A DNA stretch of 64,000 nucleotides from contig CAZMPJ010000008.1 in assembly GCA_964568455.1 (NCBI GenBank), positions 1,143 to 65,142 of the forward strand. The letters are read 5' to 3'. The notes beneath the pieces were generated by a model. It was not told the origin of the DNA. It ran no database searches and saw only the letters and a program-made list of their open reading frames with translations. The position numbers and the translations under genes are program-made. The stretch comes from an uncultured bacterium (GTDB taxonomy: Bacteria; Margulisbacteria; WOR-1; O2-12-FULL-45-9). Shown here piece after piece: positions 28,089 to 34,793 of this stretch; positions within the stretch are counted from its first letter, which is position 1; the number at the start of each line of letters is the position of its first letter.

Positions 28089-28751
28089 ATGACAAAAATA
28101 AAAGTTTTAGTTAACGGTGCAAAAGGGAAAATGGGCAGTGAGACTGTAAAAGCAGTTCAAAAAGAAGCTGATCTTGAATTAGTTGGCCAAATTGATCTTG
28201 GCGACGATTTAGCAGCGGCAATTAAAAAAGATAAAGTCCAAGTAGTGGTTGATTTTACTCAACCCGATGTTGCTATGAAAAATGTTAAGACCATTTTAGA
28301 AAATGGGGCGCATGCTGTTATTGGAACTACTGGTTTAACTGATAAAAACTTAAAAGAAATTGAAAAGCTTTGTTCTGCTAATAAAGTTAATTGTCTGGTT
28401 GCGCCTAATTTTGCGATTGGCGCGGTCTTAATGATGAAATTTTCAGCTGAAGCTGTAAAATATATGCCTAAGGCAGAAATTATTGAACTTCATCACGACA
28501 AAAAACTGGATAAACCTTCTGGCACAGCGATTAAAACTGCCAAACTAATGAGAAAAGAAGTACCTATCCATTCAGTCAGATTGCCAGGACTGGTGGCGCA
28601 CCAAGCAGTTATTTTTGGTGGCCTAGGGCAAACTTTGACTATTAGACATGATTCTCTTAATAGAGAGTCTTTTATGCCCGGAGTTGTCATGGCCATCCGC
28701 AAGATCAAAGATCAAAAAGGATTGATCTATGGCCTCGAAAAAATACTTTAA
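28089..28751 (+). CDS. dapB: 4-hydroxy-tetrahydrodipicolinate reductase (short form)
   Basis: Contains VNGAKGKMG, VIGTTG, APNFAIGAVL and ELHHDKKLDKPSGTA. Confidence 0.9.
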   Translation: MTKIKVLVNGAKGKMGSETVKAVQKEADLELVGQIDLGDDLAAAIKKDKVQVVVDFTQPDVAMKNVKTILENGAHAVIGTTGLTDKNLKEIEKLCSANKVNCLVAPNFAIGAVLMMKFSAEAVKYMPKAEIIELHHDKKLDKPSGTAIKTAKLMRKEVPIHSVRLPGLVAHQAVIFGGLGQTLTIRHDSLNRESFMPGVVMAIRKIKDQKGLIYGLEKIL

Positions 28752-29196
28752 ACTAATCGCTGACAATCGAAAAGCCCGGCACGATTATATTATCCTCGAT
28801 ACCTACAAAGTTGGTTTAATTTTAAAAGGGGCAGAGGTTAAGTCCATTCGCCAGGGAAAAGTTAATCTAAAAGAAAGCTTTGGCCGAATTGAAAATGAAG
28901 AAATTTTTATCTTTGGCATGCATATTAGCCCTTATCAGAAATCGACTGAAAACCCAACCCGGCCCAGAAAAGTATTATTAAAAAAACGCGAACAAGTGAA
29001 ATTAATTGGAAAAGTTGCCGAAAAAGGATTGACACTAGTACCACTTAAGCTATACTTTGATGGTAACTGGGCGAAAATAGAATTGGCACTAGCCAAAGCA
29101 AAGAAAAAATACGAAAAACGTGAAACAATTAGACGTAAAGAAGCTCAAAGAGAAATTGAAAAAGCTTTTAAAGGAAAAGGCTATGATGATAGGTAA
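28729..29196 (+). CDS. smpB: SsrA-binding protein SmpB
   Basis: Contains IADNRKARHDYIILDTYKVGLILKGAEVKSIR and LLKKRE...LVPLKLYF. Confidence 0.93.
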   Translation: MASKKYFKLIADNRKARHDYIILDTYKVGLILKGAEVKSIRQGKVNLKESFGRIENEEIFIFGMHISPYQKSTENPTRPRKVLLKKREQVKLIGKVAEKGLTLVPLKLYFDGNWAKIELALAKAKKKYEKRETIRRKEAQREIEKAFKGKGYDDR

Positions 29197-29386
29197 AACA
29201 AATAATAATAAGCACTATACGGGGGCACAGCTAAGACAAGCTGCGGCTAAAGAGTTGTATAGTGAAATGGAAAACTTAAAAAAGCGGCCATTAAATAAGG
29301 TTGAAAAAACTAAAATGGATAAATTGGCTTTATTATTAACTAAACAAGTTTTAGACGAGATGGAAGGAAGAACTTTAAATGATTAG
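29183..29386 (+). CDS. Small hypothetical protein (67 aa from ATG 29183)
   Basis: This ORF lies between smpB and ssrA, and its ATG overlaps the smpB 3' end. I recognise no family, and coding status is uncertain. Confidence 0.35.
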   Translation: MMIGKTNNNKHYTGAQLRQAAAKELYSEMENLKKRPLNKVEKTKMDKLALLLTKQVLDEMEGRTLND

Positions 29387-29837
29387 AGTTCCTGGACATA
29401 AGCCGCATATTCCGCCGCCACAAGCGTCTCAAAAGGACGTAGGCAAAGAAGTTCGAAAAGCGGGGGATCAGGCAGGCAAAGGGGCTAGACCAGATATTGG
29501 TCGTGGCCCACAAATGGATGCCCGAGGAATAGCAGTACGTTTAGCAGCTCTTGCTACCGAAGCTAAGCAAAAAGAGATTGCAGCAGAAGAGTTTGAGCGG
29601 ATTTTAGAGCAAGTGATTCAATTAACCGGGCTTAAAGAACCGCAAGCGGCCATGGAAGAAGCCAACAAAAAGTTACAAAAAGAAATTGAGCTGGAAATGG
29701 AAAAAATTAAAGCTAATAAAGAGCTAATGGATGAAGCACAGGATTGGCAAAAATTTGGCGATCTGCTATCACAGATGAATCAAGAACAAGTTGAATCGTT
29801 TATAGGCTTACTTAAAACTGGCATTTCGGAATTATAA
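29379..29837 (+). CDS. Hypothetical protein (152 aa) with a disordered basic N-terminus and a coiled-coil C-terminus
   Basis: The ORF overlaps the previous one by 8 nt. I recognise no family. Confidence 0.45.
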   Translation: MIRVPGHKPHIPPPQASQKDVGKEVRKAGDQAGKGARPDIGRGPQMDARGIAVRLAALATEAKQKEIAAEEFERILEQVIQLTGLKEPQAAMEEANKKLQKEIELEMEKIKANKELMDEAQDWQKFGDLLSQMNQEQVESFIGLLKTGISEL

Positions 29838-29849
29838 ATAATTATTCCT

Positions 29850-29877
29850 TCATTCGTCATTCGACATTGGTCATTGA
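29850..29877. repeat. Four tandem heptamers directly upstream of the tmRNA
   Basis: The units are TCATTCG-TCATTCG-ACATTGG-TCATTGA, ending 6 nt before the tmRNA 5' end. Confidence 0.7.
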
Positions 29878-29883
29878 AAATAT

Positions 29884-30309
29884 GGGGCTGTAAGGGCTTT
29901 GACGGGAAGTATTCGACCTTAAGTTGCGAGTCGAAGACGCTAGTCAATCTTCGTTAATTATTACTAGCAAACGTCATAAATGCAGACGAAAAACAAGCAG
30001 CTAGAGTAGGCGGGAGAAGCGTACAGGATCTGATGGATCTTTGTTCCGCTCCAGCTGAAATGGCATTAGCTGTTTAATTAATTAAACGGCTCGTCTCCCA
30101 ATCTTTACCGAAGGGGTTGGGGTCAGACGTTATTTTTCGGTTACACAATCAGCTTTTTCTGTTTGGCTGGTTGCTAAGCTAAAATATCAGATAGCGCAGG
30201 TGCTTTCCTTGCTTCGGGATAAACCTGGGTGAAATTTTAAAAGAAGCTACACTCGTAGAGATTTAAGCGCCGGCCTTTTCGGACAGGGGTTCGACTCCCC
30301 TCGGCTCCA
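29884..30309 (+). ncRNA. ssrA: Transfer-messenger RNA (one-piece tmRNA)
   Basis: The 5' GGGGCUG pairs with the 3' CGGCUCC-A to form an acceptor stem containing the G3:U wobble. A T-arm GGGGTTCGACTCCCC is present. The internal tag frame starts at GCA AAC (29967) and ends ...GCA TTA GCT GTT TAA (stop at 30075-30077). smpB lies 0.7 kb upstream. CCA is not encoded. Confidence 0.9.
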
Positions 30310-30320
30310 TTGTTTTATAT

Positions 30321-30382
30321 GATTACGGTGATTGCGGTGATTAAAATAATATCATCGTAATCCCATTCCCATCACCGCAATC
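30321..30382. repeat. Nonamer tandem repeats forming a long imperfect hairpin after the tmRNA
   Basis: The left arm is GATTACGGT-GATTGCGGT-GATTa. The right arm is ATCATCGTAATC...ATCACCGCAATC. GATTGCGGTGAT (30330-30341) is the exact complement of 30371-30382. Confidence 0.7.
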
Positions 30383-30392
30383 TTAACAAAGG

Positions 30393-30638
30393 TTACCCAA
30401 TTAGTTTGTTATAAATCCAAGCCAGTAAACATCCACCAATTCCGGCGTCAAGCAGCGCCCAGATAGTTCCGATGATGATCCCTGACGGAGTAGTATTGTA
30501 TCCAATATAAAGAGAAGCTAATCCTTTTACCAATGGGGTTCCCCAATTAACAAAGCCGCTCATAATACCCATGCTCAAAACACAAGCACCCCAAAGGATA
30601 GCGCAAGCATAACCAAACTTTACTACATCGAGTTTCAT
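30393..30638 (-). CDS. Small integral membrane protein (81 aa, 2-3 TM)
   Basis: It is hydrophobic and Gly-rich (ILWGACVLSMGIMSGF, IIIGTIWALLDAGIGGCLLAWIY). The family is not assigned. Confidence 0.5.
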   Translation of the reverse strand: MKLDVVKFGYACAILWGACVLSMGIMSGFVNWGTPLVKGLASLYIGYNTTPSGIIIGTIWALLDAGIGGCLLAWIYNKLIG

Positions 30639-30703
30639 TGTTTCACCCCCTTTTGGGGAATAGTATAGACCTATTAGGCTATTACCACAAATTTATTATA
30701 GCA

Positions 30704-30712
30704 TGTTATAAT
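30704..30712 (+). promoter_or_regulatory. Extended -10 (TGtTATAAT), 6 nt upstream of the def ATG
   Basis: The sequence is tgtTATAAT-aaaccc-ATG(30719). Confidence 0.5.
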
Positions 30713-30718
30713 AAACCC

Positions 30719-31219
30719 ATGACTAAGCTGCCTAAGAACATTGTACGCTTTCCAAACCCGATTTTGCGTAAAAAAGCTAAGCCAGTTAAAAGAATTACGC
30801 CTGAGATTTTAAAAATTATCAAAAACATGGAGTCAGCCATGCGTCAGGCACCGGGAATTGGCTTAGCCGCTCCGCAAATTGGCGAATCCCTGCGCATTAT
30901 TATTGCTGATATTGGCGAAGGTTTGCACATTTTGATTAATCCAAAAATTACGGAAAAAAATGGCAGCCAAAGTTTTGTAGAAGGTTGCCTATCTTTGCCT
31001 GGAGTGGAAGGTCTGGTTGAAAGAGCGTCTAAAGTTACAGTTAAAGCCATGAATAAAAACGGAGAAAACATTAAGCTTGCAGTTGAAGGATTGCTAGCTA
31101 CGGTTTTTCAACATGAAATTGATCATTTAGAAGGCTGTGTGTTTATTGATCGGGTAAAAGATCCGAGTCAAATCAAGCACATGCCTTTATCCAAAGAGAA
31201 AAAGGAAGAATTAATTTAA
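30719..31219 (+). CDS. def: Peptide deformylase
   Basis: Contains GIGLAAPQIG, EGCLSLPG and QHEIDHLEG motifs. Start at M28 of the tracked ORF; the upstream TTG-initiated extension is not conserved-looking. Confidence 0.93.
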   Translation: MTKLPKNIVRFPNPILRKKAKPVKRITPEILKIIKNMESAMRQAPGIGLAAPQIGESLRIIIADIGEGLHILINPKITEKNGSQSFVEGCLSLPGVEGLVERASKVTVKAMNKNGENIKLAVEGLLATVFQHEIDHLEGCVFIDRVKDPSQIKHMPLSKEKKEELI

Positions 31220-31220
31220 A

Positions 31221-32165
31221 ATGAAAATAATTTTTATGGGCACTCCAGAGCCAGCCGCTAAGATTTTAAAAACCTTAATTGAATCAAATCATGAAATCGC
31301 TTGTGTTATTACTCAGCCGGATCGTCCTAAGGGTCGTGGTAAGAAAATTGTTTTTTCCGCGGTAAAAGAAATAGCTTTGCAAAATGATTTAGCCATCGAA
31401 CAACCAGAGAAAGTAAAAAACAATCCTGTTTTAGCGTCGTTAATTAAATCTTTGAGCCCGGATATTATTGTGGTAGTGGCTTATGGCCAAATTCTGCCCA
31501 AAGAAATTATTGAAATTCCAAAATATAAGACAATTAATCTGCATGCGTCCTTACTGCCAAAGTATCGGGGAGCCGCGCCGGTGCAATGGGCGCTGCTTAA
31601 CGGAGAAAAAGAAACTGGTATTACGATTATGCGGATAAACGAACAGTTGGATGCCGGAGATATTATTAATCAAGCAAAGGTTAAGATTGAATTAGATGAT
31701 AATACAGAAACAATGCTTGCAAAACTTTTTGAAAAAGGGAAAGACTTATTGCTTTTAACCTTAAGACAGATAGAAGAAGCTAAAGTACACTATTTAAAAC
31801 AAGACAACAGTCAAGCGACGCTAGCGCCGTCAATTACCAAAGAGTCGGCCGAGATTGATTGGAAAAAATCAGCTCAAGATATCCATAATCGAGTGCGAGC
31901 CATGGTTCCCTGGCCCGTGGTGCATACTTTTTGTCAAGAGAAACTACTAAAGATATGGAAAACAGCGTTAACAAAAGATTGTGAAACAATTCACAAAGTC
32001 CCGGGAGAGATTTTAGAAATAGTTAAGCAAAAAGGCTTTGTGATAGCCACTGGAAAAGGGGCTTTGCTCGTGTTAGAGGTTCAGCTAGAAGGTAAAAAAC
32101 GCATGTCTGCGCATGATTTTATCGTCGGTAAAAGGTTAATTATCGGCGACAAAATACCCTCTTGA
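31221..32165 (+). CDS. fmt: Methionyl-tRNA formyltransferase
   Basis: Contains KIIFMGTPE, TQPDRPKGRG, NLHASLLPKYRGAAP and a C-terminal domain. Confidence 0.95.
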   Translation: MKIIFMGTPEPAAKILKTLIESNHEIACVITQPDRPKGRGKKIVFSAVKEIALQNDLAIEQPEKVKNNPVLASLIKSLSPDIIVVVAYGQILPKEIIEIPKYKTINLHASLLPKYRGAAPVQWALLNGEKETGITIMRINEQLDAGDIINQAKVKIELDDNTETMLAKLFEKGKDLLLLTLRQIEEAKVHYLKQDNSQATLAPSITKESAEIDWKKSAQDIHNRVRAMVPWPVVHTFCQEKLLKIWKTALTKDCETIHKVPGEILEIVKQKGFVIATGKGALLVLEVQLEGKKRMSAHDFIVGKRLIIGDKIPS

Positions 32166-32190
32166 CACCCCAGATATGGTGTGGTAAATT
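32162..32190 (+). promoter_or_regulatory. Sigma-70 promoter of the nrdR-nrdD-nrdD operon (TTGACA-N17-TGgTAAATT)
   Basis: TTGACA at 32162-32167, a 17-nt spacer, and TAAATT at 32185-32190 preceded by TGg. Confidence 0.55.
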
Positions 32191-32213
32191 CATACTCACC
32201 CTAGATATGTAGA
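32165..32213 (+). promoter_or_regulatory. Two tandem NrdR boxes
   Basis: The boxes are aCACCCCAGATATGGTGt (32165-32182) and tCACCCTAGATATGTAGa (32196-32213). They share CACCCyAGATATG and are offset by exactly 31 bp. Box 1 overlaps the -35/spacer and box 2 lies between the -10 and the ATG. Confidence 0.6.
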
Positions 32214-32218
32214 AAACT

Positions 32219-32677
32219 ATGAAATGTCCATTTTGTGAAAATATTGAAGATAAGGTGCTTGAATCCCGCGAAACCGAGGAAGGGAAGGCGGTTAGGCGAA
32301 GAAGAGAATGTTCTGCCTGCCGCGGCCGTTTTACCTCTTATGAAAGAGTAGAAGAACGCCCAACCCTGGTAATTAAACGGGATGGAAGGCGTGAAGGCTT
32401 TAACCGCGATAAAATGCAGTCTGGAATTTTGCGCGCCTGTGAAAAAAGACCAGTTTCAGCTGACAGCATTGACAAGATGGTGGACGAAATTGAAAGAGAG
32501 ATTCACCGCGAGGTAGGCAGAGAGGTTCCCACCGCCCAAATCGGGGAAATGGTTATGGATCGCTTGCAAAAAATCGATAAAATTGCCTATATCCGTTTTG
32601 CCTCAGTCTATCGCAAGTTTGAAGATTTATCCGAGTTCTTAAAAGAGATTAAAGAGATCTCTATAAATTCAAAATAA
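32219..32677 (+). CDS. nrdR: Transcriptional repressor NrdR
   Basis: Has MKCPFC...CSACRGRFTSYE (zinc ribbon) plus an ATP-cone (KRDGRREGFNRDKM...). Confidence 0.95.
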   Translation: MKCPFCENIEDKVLESRETEEGKAVRRRRECSACRGRFTSYERVEERPTLVIKRDGRREGFNRDKMQSGILRACEKRPVSADSIDKMVDEIEREIHREVGREVPTAQIGEMVMDRLQKIDKIAYIRFASVYRKFEDLSEFLKEIKEISINSK

Positions 32678-32696
32678 AAAAAGGGGGAGAGTTAGT

Positions 32697-34793
32697 ATGA
32701 ATCCAGAAGTATTACAAAAGCCGCAACAGGATGCCACTGATCTATCATTATTTGTAAGGACCTCGGGCGAAGATATCGAAGGATTTAACCGGGAAAAAAT
32801 AGTAGCCGCATTAATCCGGGAAACCGAGATTGATGAAACTGTTGCCAATATTATTGGCGTAGAGGTTGAAGAACAAGTTAAGCAATTGAAACTTAAAACC
32901 ATTACTGCTCCACTAATTCGAGAATTAGTTGACGTAAAACTTTTAGAGCATGGCCTGGAAGATGCTAGACGAAAGCATACTCGGCTTGGTTCTCCTCTAT
33001 ATGATGTAAAGGAAATTATTCTAAATCAAAATAAAGAGAATGCTAATGTGCCTCACGGGCCAGAAGCTACTAACCTAACTTTGGCCGAAGGGATTAAAAA
33101 AGAATTTGCTTTGCTGCATGTATTTACTCAAGATATTTCAGACGCGCATATGAGAGGCGATATTCACTTACATGATTTAGGTTTTATTGATCGCCCTTAT
33201 TGCAGTGGTCAATCAGTTGAATATGTAAAGAAATTTGGTCTTGACCTGCCCAATGCGCTGTCTATTGCTAAACCAGCCAAACACGCGGAAGTATTATTAG
33301 CTCAAATGGTAAAATTCTCTGCTGCGCTTCAAGGGGTGTTTGCCGGGGCAATTGGCTGGGATGCGGTCAACTTATTTTTTGCTCCTTTTTTAGAAGGGCT
33401 TTCTGATGAAGAAGTTTACCAAATTGCCCAAATGATGATTTATGAATACAGCCAACAAGCAGTGGCCAGAGGCGGCCAAGCTATTTTCTCAGACATCAAT
33501 CTTTACTGGGAAGTTCCAAAGCATTTTGAAAATGTGCCAGCTATGGGGCCAGGAGGAAAATATACTGGTAAAACCTATGCTGATTACAGCAAAGATGCTC
33601 AGCGCTTTGTCTGGGCGTTGTTTGATGTTTATATGAAAGGGGATGGAGCAGGCCGTCCATTCTTTTTTCCCAAACCTTTGGTGCACATGACTGAAAAATT
33701 CTTTAAAACTCCTGGCCACGAAGAGTTTCTCATGCATATCTCAAAGGTTGCCACGGAAATGGGTAATACTTATTTTGTTTTTGACCGGGGAGAAACTGCC
33801 AAAATTTCTGAGTGCTGCCGCTTGTCCTTTAAATTGGATGACTCAGATCTTAACGATGCAAACGAACCTTGGAGAATGCGTTATTCTGCTTTGCAAAACG
33901 TTACTATTAACCTGCCGCGTGTTGCCTATAAGGCAGAAGGGTCAGATGAAAAATTATTTAAACTATTGAGTGAACATTTAGAGCTCTGCGCGCAAGCCCA
34001 TCTGCAAAAGAAGAAGTTTATTGAAGAGATATTAGCTAAGGGACCCAATGGACCGCTTTCTATGCTATCTATGAAAAGAGACGGCAACTCTTATCTTAGA
34101 ATGTGGCGGGTAAGTTACTTAGTCGGTATTTTAGGCTTAAACGAAGTTGTCCAAGCCCATATCGGCAAAGAATTGCATCAAGGAAAAGATGCGCTGAAAC
34201 TAGGCTTGAAAATTATTTCGTTTATGAAGCTCAAATGCGAAGAGCTTTCAAAAAAGCACGGGGTGCATTTCGTCTTAGAACAAACTCCGGCAGAATCAAC
34301 TGCTTATCGTTTTGCCAAGCTTGATTTAGAACATTTTCCAGAACAAGCTGCTAAAGTAGTAAAAGGACATGATCTAACCGGAGAAATCTATTATACCAAT
34401 TCAACCTATTTTAATGTTTCAGAAAAAATGAATGCGATTGATAAAGTAAGACAAGAAGGACTTTTTCATCCTTTGATTGATGCTGGCGCCTTAACCCATG
34501 TGTGGCTGGGCGAATCAAAACCAGACCCAGCTTCGATTGCTAATTTTGTAATCAAGACCTTTAAACACACAGATAATGCCCAAATTGCATTCTCGCCGGA
34601 ATTTACCTCATGTAATGATTGCGGCAAAATTACTCGGGGATTGCAAGAAAAATGTCAGCATTGTTCTTCAGAAAACATTGAAGGCATCACCCGAATTACC
34701 GGATATTTTTCTAAGGTCCCAGGCTGGAACAAAGGTAAGATTGGAGAGCTAAGAGACCGCCACCGCAGCAAAGAGGATTTTAGTAATGGTTAA
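32697..34793 (+). CDS. nrdD: Anaerobic (class III) ribonucleoside-triphosphate reductase, copy 1
   Basis: Has an N-terminal ATP-cone, an ISECCRLSF thiyl-Cys region, a C-terminal CNDCG...CQHCSS Zn site and the glycyl-radical motif TRITGYFS. Confidence 0.92.
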   Translation: MNPEVLQKPQQDATDLSLFVRTSGEDIEGFNREKIVAALIRETEIDETVANIIGVEVEEQVKQLKLKTITAPLIRELVDVKLLEHGLEDARRKHTRLGSPLYDVKEIILNQNKENANVPHGPEATNLTLAEGIKKEFALLHVFTQDISDAHMRGDIHLHDLGFIDRPYCSGQSVEYVKKFGLDLPNALSIAKPAKHAEVLLAQMVKFSAALQGVFAGAIGWDAVNLFFAPFLEGLSDEEVYQIAQMMIYEYSQQAVARGGQAIFSDINLYWEVPKHFENVPAMGPGGKYTGKTYADYSKDAQRFVWALFDVYMKGDGAGRPFFFPKPLVHMTEKFFKTPGHEEFLMHISKVATEMGNTYFVFDRGETAKISECCRLSFKLDDSDLNDANEPWRMRYSALQNVTINLPRVAYKAEGSDEKLFKLLSEHLELCAQAHLQKKKFIEEILAKGPNGPLSMLSMKRDGNSYLRMWRVSYLVGILGLNEVVQAHIGKELHQGKDALKLGLKIISFMKLKCEELSKKHGVHFVLEQTPAESTAYRFAKLDLEHFPEQAAKVVKGHDLTGEIYYTNSTYFNVSEKMNAIDKVRQEGLFHPLIDAGALTHVWLGESKPDPASIANFVIKTFKHTDNAQIAFSPEFTSCNDCGKITRGLQEKCQHCSSENIEGITRITGYFSKVPGWNKGKIGELRDRHRSKEDFSNG

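Noticed and set aside
30046-30077. A short 9-aa tmRNA tag (APAEMALAV), as an alternative to the 36-aa tag
   Set aside because: It is not fully rejected. It is disfavoured because it would put the resume codon about 163 nt from the 5' end, whereas GCA AAC at +84 matches the usual position. It needs a covariance-model alignment to settle.
29850-30382. Short tandem repeats flanking the tmRNA, considered as a possible CRISPR array
   Set aside because: The units are 7-9 nt with no spacers of unique sequence, and there are no cas genes. They are micro-satellite-like repeats and hairpins.
30638-30718. A TTG-initiated 27-codon extension of def
   Set aside because: The extension contains the TGtTATAAT box. 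The conserved deformylase sequence starts at the ATG at 30719.
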